Part shown: in pieces, positions 12,962-27,410 of the stretch
Layout of the letters: every line of letters starts with the position of its first letter
How positions within the stretch are numbered: position 1 is the first letter of the stretch
Source of the DNA: Mobula hypostoma
Lineage: Eukaryota
Direction of reading: 5' to 3'
Assembly: GCF_963921235.1 (NCBI RefSeq)
Contig: NC_086097.1
Span: 83,826,001-83,890,000, forward strand
Length of the DNA stretch: 64,000 bases
Translations under genes and position numbers: made by a program
Notes under the pieces: model-generated
Seen by the model: the letters and a program-made list of their open reading frames with translations, nothing else
What the model was told of the DNA's origin: nothing
The model's database searches: none

Positions 12962-14989
12962 TAATGTAATTCGTATCAGCGAAGGAATTTTGTTGCACTG
13001 ACTTATAACTATCACAAATTCTTTGAGCTAAGGCCATTATACTTTGCAAGTAGCCAAATGTTCCAGCATTAACCAATTAGCTGTTTGAAGCTCCAACAGG
13101 CCAAGAGGTGCCTTTGGTTTGATTCTTTTAGAATTTCTGCTGTTTCAGTACTTCAACTCATTTCATGCTCCATTAACTTAAAATCAGCAAACCTCATTGT
13201 ATAATTTAAGATCTAATTGAAAGTCATTTTAGCAGGCTTAGTAAAATTTACTTTGCAGCTGAAGAGGTTGAGATTTTAGATCTGAGCCATTGCACTCAGC
13301 ACGCATTCCCATAGACACCACCTGTCATTAAAGGCTACAATCTAAATCATACTCTGCACCATACTGAGGACTGAATCTGGATTTTGCTGCATCTTGTGGT
13401 GTTAAAAAAACATTTTATGCATTTTTCCCCAAAGAGCAAACTACCCATGAAATCAGCTATATTCAAATTACATGTTCTGGGTTTCAATTTGAATAAATTG
13501 AAATTTATGACGGACCAACACAGTGACACAGCTGTTGGCACTGCTGCAAGGGACTTGGGTTCATTTTTGCCCTTGGATGCCATCTGCGGGAAGCTGTTGC
13601 AATATCCCTGTGACTGTATAGCAGGGGTCATGGGTGCCATTAGGGACTAGTATTTTTAATGATGGGGATTTGAGGATTTGGGGAAAGCAGATCATGCAAC
13701 TGGGGCATGTTCTGAAGACCAGGGTGTGATTTGGGGGAATCCACGTAGTTCAAGTTAATTGGTGCCAAGGGTAAAAATTAATAATTTAACTTTGCACATG
13801 TCCCAGTCCATTGTAGAGCTAGAAACAACTTGTTGTCCTGGGAGTGTCCAAGGACAGTCTACCCTGGGACTGCAGGTCCAATCTCTGTTGTGAAAAAGCA
13901 GCATTGCACAAAGATTGACATCCTTGCACAAGGCCTGACACAGAAAGCCCCACGGAAGCTGCAAAGGCGATGTGTACCAGGAAATGCCCAGCCTAACTTC
14001 CAGAGGTCAGGGACAACCCAATACAATCGTACTCCACTCCTGGAAAAATTGATCCCTAATTGTATAAGGGCAGAAACATTGATACTTTTATTTCCTTCTT
14101 GCTGCCTCCCTCCTCATTGTGACCCTGGGGGTGCTTTCAACGAATTCAGCATAACACAGAATTCTCCTAGTTAATATGGTTAAATTTCACCCTATGTATA
14201 TTTGCTAATCAATCAGGATGAACCTTTGCCCAGTTGTCACAAAAAGGTTTAATATGGTGCTGAAGGAAGCTGAGGTGGAGGTGGGGTGGGGGAGAAAGTA
14301 AAACAAATAATTCATCTTCTAGACTTGCTCCACAGCCTCTAACTCAGAAAAATTCCTGCAGAGTTAGACCAGCACAGACCACTTCCAAATTTGGGAATGC
14401 TGCTTCAAATCTGAGAGAGTGAGATGGAACAGAAGCTAGCCTGCTAAAAACTTTCTCAATGAGATTAGAAGCCACAAGCCTAAGGCTAAATAACTGGGTT
14501 TTGGTGTAAGATAGGATCGGCCAGTAAACCAAATACATGTAATGCTTCTTTTTGAATTTTGGATGTTTTGACTCTGGTAAGGTTGGTCAGGTTTGCATTT
14601 GTCAAATCCTAAACATTGATAATTCAGAACTGGGCCATCTGAATTCAAATTTACCATGTATTATTGTTTTCATGCCTTGGCGATGAGGAAGCCGTGTCAT
14701 TTCACACCCCTTTGACTGCTGCATGAGCTGAGCAATGTGATGATCAACCAAGTCTATACTGCTGAGAGTAGTCATCTGACTCCTGTTCTTTTTGGAGTTG
14801 CACACCAGCTCTCCTCCTCCAGGTGCTGCTGTGCCACATCCTACCTCGAACCCATACACTGGGTTTTGCACCAAGACATTTGTACTCAAATCCTCCTTTA
14901 AAATTCTTGCTGATTGTGCATATGAACGGTCAGTGATTTGTATGTAAGAACACTTGGATTTCTATATAGAAGTCAGCCTTTCTACATTT

Positions 14990-15205
14990 TTTTGCTGAAG
15001 TGGATGTTCTCTAATTTTTCACATTACATTCCAACTGCAGTTCCTTGCCCATTCATGTAACCTGCCTATATCCCCCTCTCTGCACCCTCCATGTAGCTCA
15101 CACTGACACCTAGCTTAGTATCATTAGCAAACTTAGATGGATTACACTTGTTCCCCTCATCAAAAACTTTGGTATAGATTAAGAACAACTGGAGACCCAG
15201 ATCAT
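14990..15205 (-). mobile_element. Old CR1 RT fragment
   Basis: ttagtatcattagcaaacttag corresponds to the SKFADDTK region on the minus strand. Confidence 0.55.
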
Positions 15206-16360
15206 TAATCAAACTTTCTGTTATTGCTCCTGCATAATTCATCAGTATAACACCACTTCAGAGCTCCTTTGAAGCACAGTAAGCAATTAAGTGCGAAATA
15301 GATCACCTTTAAGTTCCTGATTTTGCGCACACATGCGTTTCACTGCAGTAGTGCTATCAATGACCCTTCATGATGGTAAAGTCATATTCAATCTATTTTT
15401 TAAGCTTATAATTGTCAGAAAGACCACCTTCTACCCTAAATCAGTGATAGGATTATCAATTACCTAGAATATTAGCAGAACTTTTCGCTGATCCATGTCA
15501 ATTTTTTTGGCACAGTTTATGAAGCCCATTCCTAGACACTATCATTTATTGGATACATCTGCTACCAAAGTTACTGTAGGGTTACATTCCTGTTGATTGT
15601 TCATAACCCAGCAGTTTGCAAGTCAGAAGTGTGGCTGTGAACGGAGTTCCCACACAGCGGAAGACACCCCACAACCACCGATGTTATCCAACCCCCAGTC
15701 TCCCAAACTCTCATATGCCTCTAAGTTGGGCATTCAGAAGCAGGGAAGGACTCGTAATGGGGAGTGGCTTTCAGGCGTTCATTTGAAGAAACAAAAGCAC
15801 CTAACTCTTGTCTGTTATAGAAGGCAGTGAAATTGGATTGTGTGCTCAGATGGGTTTCCACAATTTCCACTACTTGGTTAAAATTCAGTAGCAAAGAGTT
15901 TAATTTTTTTCCATTTCTTGATACAAGTTATGCCAAGATAAACATCTTACTGCCTCAAACAGTATGTTTTACCACTTTGACTTTCTTCCCTGGTTTGGGT
16001 ATTCCTTGATAACCTCGGTCCCAATGCTTTATTAACTGATCTATCCTTTAGTGTAATTTCCACAGCTTGACCTTCTGTCAATGTGGCCTGGCCTTTGTGT
16101 AAGTTGATCATGTAACCAATGCATTAACATTATTGTATTCCTTCCTTTAGAAGTCTGTTATAATATGACTCCTAATTCTGTTCACCAGGCATCAACATTA
16201 GTGGATTGTACAGTAGAGTAGCCTAAAACAGAATTAATTGGCTGTCAGCACTTTTGATCTCCAGTCTAATCTGCTGTTGTGCTCTATTTGAAGATTAAAC
16301 AAGTCTTCAGGCATGTCAGATCTAAGTAAATCTCACTGTGGTTCATCTTCCACTCTCTGA

Positions 16361-16645
<285 letters not shown>

Positions 16646-16805
16646 TAATTATATATTTTTCTTCCCTGTTCTGCAGCTGCTATTTGTGAACTTTCCACTC
16701 TTGATATGATCTCCTGTGTTGCATGATGGGAACAGTGTGGTTCTTCGCTGACTGTGTCTTGGCTTACCTTTACTTCCTTAATCTTTTCTTGTCTTCCTTG
16801 TACAG

Positions 16806-16891
16806 ATTTAGTAAACACGCTTAGGCCGGATGAAAAGGCCATTATGACCTATGTTTCATGTTACTACCATGCGTTCTCAGGTGCGCAGAAG
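16806..16891 (+). CDS. ACTN1: ACTN1 alternative exon 8b (86 nt): [29 protein letters not shown], presumed mutually exclusive with 8a
   Basis: Long pyrimidine tract then tacag|AT, donor AAG|gtgaga; same length and phase as 8a; 24/29 aa identical; no stop codons. Confidence 0.9.
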
Positions 16892-17734
16892 GTGAGAAAC
16901 CTACCTCACCCCTGTAGAGTTCCCCTTTGATTTAGATTTTCTTATTCCTCTTTCAACATAGACAATATCGGCATCTTCATTTTTTTTAAAGTCTGGCTTA
17001 TGGTGGTCCAGCTATCGAAAATCTTTTAAGTGATATTGATTGGAGATTTAACCTAATGGTTCATACACAGTACTTTTATCTCCAATGTCGTTTGAGAAAG
17101 TGGTTACTTAGTCTGATCAATCGGGCAGTCAAATTCTCTACACTGCTCTTCCATATTATAAAGTATTAGAGGTTATTCACTTTGCCCGAGTTGCGTTTTG
17201 TCTCCATCCTCCAATCCTCATTGTCACATTGAGTTTAATTTGGTAGGGTTAATGCGCGCGTTATGTACGGTGCGCAATGGAGAGTGTTGTCACTCATCCA
17301 CCGGAGGAGTACTTAAAGAAGAAAGTAAACCTGATAAATTTGAGAATCTATGAGTTCTTTATTCCTGAAGATTACAGCAACTATTTGGTCCTGACACTTT
17401 TATTCAACTTTCCTTTTTTCAAATCTCTAATCTTAATATTTGAAGAGACCCCGGTAGTCTTTATTAGCAACACATTGGTTTGATATCCATGGAAAATTCT
17501 CTGTAATTAAGACTATAAGTCACTGGGCGGTTTCCTTTTCAAAGACGACTTAACTCAAAGATTCTATTCTTCCCAAGGAGTTTTACGGAGCAATTAGCTT
17601 CGCTGAATTGAGACTGTGTAGATTAGAACATACTCTGATCCATGATTGGACATCTTCCCATTTCGGAGTTGTCCTCCTTTACTGTTATACCACAGGATTG
17701 CCAGATGAAGATATTCTCCAATGGTGTCATTGTG

Positions 17735-18080
17735 GGCTAGATGACCCTTCTGCCTGCTCTGCCATTCAATACGATGATAGATGATCTAATCTTGACCTCA
17801 GATCCACTTTCCTGCTCTGTCATAACCCTTGACTTCCTAATAGATCAAAAGTCTATCTAACACCCCTTGAATTATATACAATAATGTGACCTCTACAGAC
17901 TCTGAGATAGATTTCCAAAGATACAATAAACAGCTGGAAAGACAACTTCATCCTTAAGTGAAGAACACATTACTCTGAAGTGATGGTGTCCAAGTCTAGA
18001 TTTCCCATGAGGGGAACATTCTTTTGGCACCCCTACCCTGAGGGAGCTTCTCAGAACCTTAATGCAATAAGATCACCAGG
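17735..18080 (-). mobile_element. Old CR1 3' end fragment
   Basis: Resembles the CR1 3' ends at 8228 and 41650 (ctctgccattcaat, cataacccttgac, tctagatttccc). Confidence 0.5.
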
Positions 18081-20196
18081 CTTCAGTGCCATAGCTGGTT
18101 GCTGAATACGTAATGAACCTCCCTAGCCTCCACCCTCCCTTGCATTCTGTGAAGTAAATCATTTTTCCATATGAGTCTGCAAAACCCTCAGTCTTGGCAC
18201 ATTGGAAAACCCAACTCGTGCTGCTGAACAAATTGAACTGCAGTTTGCTGAAATTGTGATGGTTTGGCATGTTTAAGGCATTTCTCATTTGACATCTTCT
18301 GAATGCCTAATGAAATACTTATCAAGAGGAAATTCAAACCTCTAGGCCAACAGCTCTCTTTCTTTCCTCTTTTAATTGCTTTTGTGGCACTTCCTTTTCA
18401 CCATCTCCATTGCCTGCTACATTTAAACCTGGACTTCAACATTCAGGGGTCCACCATAAGCCAGCAATAATTTATTTTCCGACCTCAGTCATTCTCCCGT
18501 GTTGAAATCTAAATTTAACATCTCCCTAAATCGTTCCTTTAACTGGTGTGTCTTTCACTTTTGTAGACTATTATCTGTCTTCCTTTGTGCTAATACCTTT
18601 TGTTTCACTTTCCCTGGCTTGGCTGATCCTCAGAACAATATAATCTGCAATTAATTGTTGTGGAGAATATGTTTCATTGATTCTTATCTGGATTAATTTA
18701 TTACAGATTCTTAATAATGTTAATTGTGGCAAAGTATTCTATCCACTTCTTGGTTTTTTCATCTTGATAATGTTATTCCAAGGCACAGCAGTTCATTGTT
18801 ATATAACTCATTTTGCTTGAAAAAGTATACAATTCTAATGGGAGCTGTGGAATAACATAACTAGGGTTTAAAATACCCAGTTTATAGATGATGTATAACT
18901 TTTTTTTACAAATACTTCCCTTGAGTCGTGTCTAGCTTGTGAGTCACATGTGCTTGCATTAAGCCACTGTACGTTGTAATTTTTATGTATTTTTTAGTGT
19001 AGATTCTTCATGCTTGAGGGCAAACATTGGAGAAACTTATTAAAATGATCAGGATGACTAAGGTTACATGAATATAACTATACTTCTCACATATTTGTAA
19101 TAACTTCTTAATTTCCAGATTTTATTTAAGTTGACTATATGGTCATTTTCCCTCTCTATTTCTTGATCAGAAAGATGGGAAGCTAACATATATATCCAAT
19201 TTGTGGGAGAACGGGTAGCAATCAACAGAATCAGACATGTTTATTCCTCTCTGATTTCCCGGGCAAATGGAATAAACTCACTGTGTGTATGATTACATAC
19301 AGTAGTTGAGTTTGGGAGCAGGTAACTTAGGAAATGACAGGAAAGCAATAAACTGTTCCATTTGTTCATGTTAAGTGAGAGGTTTATCCGAAATTCTAAA
19401 TGAACAATTGGGTAACGTGCAAGATAGTTTATAAAACTTGATTTCTGTGTTCCTTTTGAATGGCATGTTCCCAAGGTCACTTTGTCCAACGCCCACAAAT
19501 GTGATTTTCCTGCATCTGCACATTGTACCAAAAAGAAGCAGATGCTGCTAAGCTAACAATTTTCCTACAGTTTACAGAATTTGTGCAAATATAAACATCT
19601 GTGTTCCATTCCTCTGAACCCTCTTCTCATTGCTCATTTTCTGTTCAGATAATAGCATTGCAGGCCTCATGATCAGCTTTCTTCTCCAATCCTGTCCCTT
19701 ATGCTCTGCAGGTACAGACCCTGATATGGTTCGAGCTTTTCCTTTTGCACTTAATGACTTGTGTTTGGAAGTTGATGCAGTGATTCATTCTTCAGACAGT
19801 GCATGTGATTTTCCACTTATCTTGCACTTCCCCTACGTTTGCCAGCCTGCACATCAGTGGCTGAGGTGCATCTGATGGAGCCTTCTGTTCTAACTCCATG
19901 TAAGAGTTTCTCTCCTCACTGTTGCAATGCCACTCTCAAGTAAATATATCTAATACTTTGAAGGGTCCTTCAAACTAACCTTTCATCGGCCAGACTAATC
20001 ATCGCAGTGCCAAGTACTCTTTCTCCATAACACACTGTGTGAGACTTGCTTTCCTGAGATGAGGCTATTTTCACAGTTCAGCTTGTTAGCATTTGCACTG
20101 CTGGCCCTCGACTGAGCAAGCTGAGAGGTTACCAGCATATTAATCTCAAGCATTGCATACATTTAAAGAATGTTGCTACCGTGAAGTATGTGAATA

Positions 20197-20630
20197 CAGT
20201 AAAACTCCAATAGCCTACCATATGACTCTTTAGAAATTCCAACCAATCGGCATCTGGCTCACCAGGTATTAGTTAATGCACTTCATTCCCATTCACCCCA
20301 GTCCTGGTCCCTGCACTTTTTCCACTCATCCAGGACCCAGTCCCTATACTGACCTTCCACCCACTGGGCCCCTGGTTTCCATACTTCTACAAACACACTG
20401 GGACCCTGCTCTCTTGAATAGAACATTGCTCCTTTCCCCAACCTTCTTATACACTTACCAGTGTGCGGGTTCCTGCTGTCCCTTTCAATTTGCTCTGGAA
20501 GAGTTATTACCATTCTCTGTGATTCCTAACAGAGTGTAAGGGCACTAATAGAAATAACCTCCAGTCTAGAGAATCTGCTAGTATGGCACCACTAAAGTCC
20601 TGAGCATGCCAGGTTATTGGAGTTTTACTT
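20197..20630. mobile_element. MITE, probably Tigger/pogo-like
   Basis: agtaaaactccaatagcct (20198-20216) and aggttattggagttttact (20611-20629) are 18/19 inverted matches; left end is TA|CAGT. Confidence 0.65.
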
Positions 20631-23564
20631 TTCCACAGTCGTATTCTGAGCACGCGTGCTAATTCATCATAACTACTCAACGTACGCCTGAAGCTTTAAG
20701 AAAAAATTGCTGAGTGAACTTTGGATGTCAGTAGCCACAAGCACACAATGGGCCAGTTTTCATTTGCGCCTGTGCCATAAACGGGTTCTCAAATGCAGTG
20801 ATGTTCGCGGAACGATTTTCTGCACAAACACACGTTGGCAAGTTTCAATGGAACGTTTTGTTTTGTTGACAAGCTGTCATGAGAGCTCCTCTGACCTGTG
20901 TGAGAAATGCCATGGTAAACAGTCAATGGGAGCTGTCAGCGTCAATACACTGTGTGTCACTCCACAGACAACCTCAATGGGCTTTTTGAAATTTTCATTC
21001 TCTTGGTTGAAATCCAAATGGTTTATAAGTTGTGTGGAAGATGACGAGATATACCATTTGTCTTCAAAAGCTAGGGAAATCTCAGTGGTGGTTAACATCA
21101 AATTAAATAGTTCCTAACATACATTTCCCTAAGCATGGCTTTCCTGTTCAAAAAAAAAGCAGCCAAAAATTATTGGTGCCTTTGGAAATTGAATAAGCAA
21201 TCCTTTGTGTCAATTCTGGTTGCCATTATTTGTATTTGTTAATGTTATCCCCACCATCTAGGTGTACCCTAGCAATCTGACATCACTTCGCCTCCACTTA
21301 GCACATCGTCTCCTCAAAGGTATGCTCTTCAAGCACCACACTCTTTGAAGGTGGCTTCTCTTAATGATTCTGACCCTCACCACTATGTGTTGGTGCCCCC
21401 TAGTTAAACCTAGATGCAAGTGCAGTTAATTCATATGCTTGGTGATCTCCCAGTTCAAATAAAATGTGGTTAAGGAGGATTAATGCTTCTTGCTTGCCAA
21501 ACGATTGCCAATCACACAGTATATTCCCTGAGTTTATATATCCAGGCTTTGTTTTCTCCAAAATTATCTTTCTGGAGCTTCTTCTGGAATCATCCAAGTG
21601 CCTTAGTGATGCAAATCTCCAGATCCTGCTTCTGGTTCATGTGGACATGACTGAGTTGTTTGTTTGAGGTCCAGACTCCAGAGCAGACTACATTAATCCA
21701 AATTGCTATATTTAGCTGCCAATACCTGCACAGCCTCTCATTCCACCATCCCCACAACCCAATACTTTGTATTGTCCTCCTGGTTTTACTAATGGCCCAT
21801 TTGAAAAGCCAGCAAGTATTGACTTGATTGAAGCAACACTGGGAAAACCTCTTCCAGTGCTGATGCGAACAAAATTATTACTAAATATACCTTAATATGG
21901 AGATTCTAAGAGGCCTCGTTGACTCCTCTGCCCCACCACTGTTCCAAATTGGTAGTGAAGTAGGTGACTTTACAAAGAGATTCCTTTGGCTGAGAATTAG
22001 GTTACATTTCAGCCCTCTCCGGGAAGTTTAAAGCCTCATTTCTTCTGGATGTGAAATGGGGCTGAGTGCTCTTTTATCACTCCCCCTTCCCCTTTCCCCC
22101 AAAAAAGAGATGGAGGGGAAGGGCTCCAACTGCTTTGAAAACACTTCACCCCAAATCTGGTTGTCTTTGAGTAGTGGTCGCAGATAACTGATGACAACGA
22201 TGGGAACCTTTCACAAAAAGTTATTTTTTTAGGTTGGGTTAGGTCTGTTTTTGAAGAAGAGAGTTCCAGCATATCTACCTGCTGTGCCCAATCCTGCAGC
22301 CCACAACTGTGAATGCCTTATTGACGAATGACTGGTGCAATGTGGAAATGATCAAATTTCCACTCAGTAGTTAAGGCAAAAAGTTGGGTTTAAGATTGTA
22401 GCGGCATCTTAAGGGCCTTGCTAACTGGCCTGGAGCTGACGTTAGAAATGAGAAGAGCTCCCACCGTGAGATTGGCTGATATCACCAGATGTGTGAGAAA
22501 CATTCCTTCGCTGGGAACCACAACGCTGAATTTGGTCCCTTTCAAAGCTACCTGGAGTGACCAAGCATACAATTCCTGCTTCTTCATCCACACTTCAAAA
22601 TTGAGGGTAATTTAATTGCAAAAATCAAATTAGTGATTTATAAGGGTGCAATATCTGAGTTTTGGCTAATGTATCTGGAAACAATATTACGAAAACATTC
22701 TGAGACTAATATTAGCATTTCCCAGAATCAGCTGGTGATTACTATTTGGTTGCTGGGCAACTGAATAGAAGGTGAAAGTCATTGTGTGTTGGGAGGTTGA
22801 GGAATGAGAATGATTGCGTGGTGAGAGCCAAGAGGTTAAATTTCATCACAAAATTGTGAGTTTTCTGCTTAGACCTGCTTCAGAGCTGTTTAAATTGGGC
22901 CCAGGGACTGGTCATCACAAAGTACTCTGGCAAATTCTAGTTTCTACAGACAGAATCAGCTTATTTTTTGTTTTGAATTGACTGTACATGTGAATCTTTT
23001 AAACGGTCAGTTGTAAATCTGCATAGTGACCATTCTAAATGAAGAGTCTAGATCTTGAAATGGCAGCCAAGAATATGATATAAAGGAAGCTATTTTACTA
23101 TTGAGTAGAAGTTCCACCATCTCTTGCCATTTTGTGGTTGCATTAATTGAGTATTTGGCTGGATTTGATTGAAAGAGAACATAAAAGGAACCACCATGTG
23201 AGAGAATTGCACAATTCCCTGCAGGAGACACAATTTTTCCCTTTTCTTCCCCAAAGCATATAAATGTACAGAAAGATTTACTGTAGACAAACAATGTTAA
23301 ATTCTAGAGATATTTTTGCATTACAGTTCTAGGGGGTCTTTATCAAACAGAAAAATAATTAACTGAAGACAAATAATTACCCCCCCCCCCGAAGTATTAT
23401 TTCAAGTATTACGTGTCATTGCTAAAAGAATTGTGGCACTTAATAATTGCCAGACTATGACTATCTTGAACACAAGTAGACCCTTGCTATTCAATAGCAT
23501 TATCAATGATGAGATCTACACTGCCCATAACAGTGTAGATACCATTAACAAGTAACACTTCAGT

Positions 23565-24090
23565 TACACAAATACTGTGGCTACAGTAGCAGGATCTTCA
23601 ACAGTGAGTGATGCACCTCCTCTCACCATAAGCTCTTTCCACTATTTACCAGCCACAGGCCTGAAATGAGCGAATGCTTTCCGCTTGCCTGGATGTGTGG
23701 AGCTCCAATAGTACTTGAGAAGGTCATCGCCATGCAGGACAAAACCTCTTGCTTGATTGATATCAACCATCCTAAGCATTTGTTCCTTCTACCATCAGCA
23801 TTAAGTGGCTGCAGTGTGTGCCGTCTGCAAGATGCACTGCAGTTACTCAACTAGGCTGCTCTGACAGCATTTGCCAAGCCTGTATCTCCACCACTGTGAA
23901 GGACAAAGTTAGGAGTATATCCGAACACCCCAATGCCACATCGTTCCCAGCATGGAACTATATCACCATTACTTCATCATTGCTGGATTTAAGTTTGGGA
24001 ACTCCCTCCTTTACAGCACTGTGGAATAGCTTCACCATGACCTCTTCAATTCAGCAATAAATGATAACCTTACTAGTGACACCACCTCAT
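23565..24090 (+). mobile_element. Old non-LTR retrotransposon 3' fragment (clade uncertain)
   Basis: Decayed ORF2-like end (PLAWM, gcagtgtgtgccgtctgcaagatgcactgcag, tgggaactccctcc) ending at aataaa. Confidence 0.45.
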
Positions 24091-24194
24091 ACAGAAAGTG
24101 AGTCAGTGAAAACCATTCATCTGGCACAATAATCATTTTCCTTGGTGAGTTTGACAACCAATGATAATGCAATCCAATGCAATTAACAAGGATC

Positions 24195-25425
24195 TCCACT
24201 CTTTAAGAAGGGAGGGAGGCAGAAGGAAGGAAATTATAGAATAGTTAGTCTGACTTTAGTGGTTGGGAAGATGTTGGAGTCCATTATTGAGGTTGAGGTT
24301 GAGGTTGAGGGATATTTGGAGGCACATGATAAACAGGCCAAAGTCAATGTGGTTTCGTTAAGGGAAAAACTTGGCTGCCAAATCTGTTGGAATTCTTTCA
24401 GGAAATAACAGGCAGGATAGACAAAGGAGAGTCAGTGGATATTGGTTACCTGGATCTTTGACAAGGTGTCACACATGAGGCTGCTAAACATTATCAGAGC
24501 CCATGGTATTACAGGAAAGATGGCTGACCGGCAGCAGGCAGATAGTGGGTAGAAAAGAAGCCTTTTCTGGTTGGCTAGTGGTGTTCTGCAAGGGTCAGTG
24601 TTGGGGTCATTTCTTTTCGCGAAGTCTGTCAATGATTTGATGATGGGATTGATGGTGATGTGGCCAAGTTTGCATATGATATGAAGATAGGTGGAGGGGC
24701 AAGTAGTGTTGAGGAAACAAGGAGTCTGCAGAAGAACTTTGACAGATTGGGAGAATGGGCAAAGAAGTGGCAGATAGAATACAGTGTTGGGAAGTGTATG
24801 GCCGTGCATTTTGGCAGAAGGAATGAAGGCAAAAAGTATTTTCTAAACAGGGAGAAAATTCAAAAATCCCAAGTGCAAAGGAACTTGGAAGACATTGTGC
24901 AGGATTCCCTAAAGGTTAATTTGCAAGTTGAGTTGATAATAAGGAAGTCAAATGCAGTGTTAGCATTGATTTTAAGAGGACCAGAATGTAATGCTGAGGC
25001 TTTATAAGGCATTGACCACACTGCACAGAGTATTGTGAGCAGTTTTGGGCTCCTTATCTAAGAAAAGTTGTGCTGACATTGGAGAGGGTCCAGAGGAGAT
25101 TCAGGAGAATGAATCCAGAAATGAAAGGGTTAATGTATAGGGAGTGCTTGATGGCATTGGGGCTGTATGCATTGGAATTTAGGAAGGAAGATCTCATTAA
25201 AACCTATCATATATTGAAAGGCTTAGGTAGAGTGGGTGTTGAGAGGATGTTTCCTATAGTGGGTGAGTCTAGGACTAGAGGGCACAGCCTTAGAATAAAG
25301 GGGCGTCCATTTAGAAAAGAGCTGAGGAGGAATTTCTTTAGCCAGCGGGTGGTGAATCTGTGGAATTCATTTCCACAAACAGTTGCGTTGGCCAAGTCAT
25401 TGAGAATATTTAAAGCAGAGGTTAA
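24195..25425 (+). mobile_element. CR1 LINE RT-to-3' fragment, frameshifted
   Basis: ORFs 24660..25007 (AKFAYDMKIGG) and 25070..25453 (RTRGHSL, RRNFFSQRVVNLWN). Confidence 0.88.
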
Positions 25426-26274
25426 ACATCATAAAATGTCCCAAGATATTTAAAAGATGCAATGATAAATAAAATTTGACAGTGAGTTGCATAAGATGCT
25501 TGGGCATATGGCCAAAGATGTCTGAAGGAGGTTTTTACAGAGAAAGTGAGAGGCTGGTGGGAGAGAGAGGGATGCTGTGCATAATTAAGCTGCATAATTT
25601 GAAACTTCAACTGAAAGAACAGCCGCCAGCAGTGGACAGAATCAGAAGCGCACAGGGGGACCTGTTCGTAAAATCAAGGTGTTGCCTGCCTATAAAGTGA
25701 TGTGGTTCACCATGAAGGAGGCACATTGTGCTTTCAATTAGGTCAGAGAGAGAAACAATTTGGCAGAGCGGTTTTGGTTTGATGGAAAATGGAAGGGAAA
25801 AGGTCAGCCAGAAGTATATTAGAAAACTCCAGGCTTAAGAACATGGAGGAGAGTTTTAGATGCAGATGAACTGAGTCAGGCCATAATGGAATTAGACTTG
25901 TGCAGCCCTGGTGCTGGTTTGGTTATTTTTGGGGAAGTTAGAGTTGAAATTTCAGCTACATTTAGCCGGTTATGCATGGATTGAACCTCATGGTTGAAGT
26001 TCAAACTAATTTACTTTCTGGTTGGATGAGAGCACAAGGATGATACGAGATTAGAATTAGCTTCAACAAGCTTAACCAACTCATTATGCTGCTTAACAAT
26101 TTTCAAAAAAAAAATACCATTATGGCGCTCTTCGTTTAATGGTGTCCTGTGCATGAGAACCAAGCCAGATATGAGGGAGATCCCTGATGGTATGTATTTT
26201 GATGAGATTTGATAGAAATGTGAATATTATGTCCTTCTGCAAACCAAGATTGATTTTTGTTTTCCTCTCTGCAG

Positions 26275-26367
26275 GCGGAGACGGCGGCCAATCGGATCTG
26301 CAAAGTTCTGGCTGTTAACCAGGAGAACGAGCAACTGATGGAGGATTATGAGAAGCTGGCTAGTGAT
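26275..26367 (+). CDS. ACTN1: ACTN1 exon 9 (93 nt), neck/start of spectrin repeat 1: [31 protein letters not shown]
   Basis: Acceptor tctctgcag|GCG, donor GAT|gtatgc; translated by hand. Confidence 0.96.
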
Positions 26368-27067
26368 GTATGCACAAAGATGTTTCTGTGGTTGACTGAC
26401 CAGTACTTTTAGAGCTGTAGAAATGTTTGTCTCCCTGAAACCGAAATGGGTCCTGAAATTAATCCACAAGTGAGCCATGTTCCGTCCACAACAGGCACTA
26501 GTATTGAATTCTTCCTTATTGAATGGTCAAATGACACAACCCCTTCTAGTGTGAGCCAGTGTAATTAAACTGTAAATAATCATTCCTAACATACAATAAT
26601 CGATCTGTTAGCAAAAGCATAGAAATTAATTCTTAATTTTCAGGTTTTTCTACTGGCGTCATTCCAGGTTGGTGCCTTTACCTTGGAAAGTCCATCTTGT
26701 CCACCTGGATTACAAGAACTGTGTTTGTAGCCTTCAAACACGATAGATTTTAATAGCACTTTAGAAGACCACTTTTTACCCATCTGCCTGTTCAGTTTTG
26801 GTGACCCTTCCTTGCCCAGGGGCTATTTAATTATATTTTTAATAATGGGAATACTTGAATTGAATTTCTCTGAAAAGCAGGTGTAAAGGATTGCTGGAAA
26901 AGTTATTTGCCAAAGATTTTCTCTCAGAAAGGGTTAGCAACTCCACTTCCCTACAAAAGCTGAACTATCGTAGGTGACCCACAGAGGGTGGCTGCAGTTT
27001 AAGATGAATCTTCAGTATTGTAGCGCTGAGCTATAGGGAGGAGCTGTGACAGGACACAGGAAAAGTA

Positions 27068-27410
27068 ACACAGCAGCAGGGGTTGTAGAACTGCTGCCTC
27101 ACAGTTCCAGTAACCAGGTTTGGTCCTGTTCTCTGGTGCTGTTTGTGTGAAGTTTGTACGCTGCTCTTATGACCTCATGGGTTTCCACTGGGTTCACCAT
27201 ATGCGCATGCGCACACACACATGCACACACACATATCCCAAAGGCCTGTTCATTGGTAGGTTAATTGGACACTGTAAATTGCCCCAAGAATATAGGTGAG
27301 AAGCAGAAACTGAGGTTTATGGAAACATGGGGAGAGTAGATTACAGGGAAATATTAGTGGGAGAATGGAATTGCACAATGGGCTAAATGGCCTCTTAGGT
27401 CATAAAGAAA
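27068..27410 (+). mobile_element. V-domain SINE with internal (CA)n
   Basis: tRNA-like head actgctgcctcacag, then gggtttcc...taggttaattggacactgtaaattgcccc and CR1-like tail atgggctaaatggcctc. Confidence 0.6.

Noticed and set aside
16806..16891. Exon 8b as an assembly duplicate or pseudo-exon
   Set aside because: 26 nt differences concentrated at synonymous sites, unrelated flanks, intact frame and intact splice sites.
16892..26274. Nested gene or third exon 8 copy in intron 8
   Set aside because: Only short ORFs with no recognisable domains apart from CR1 pieces; a microexon cannot be excluded without RNA-seq.
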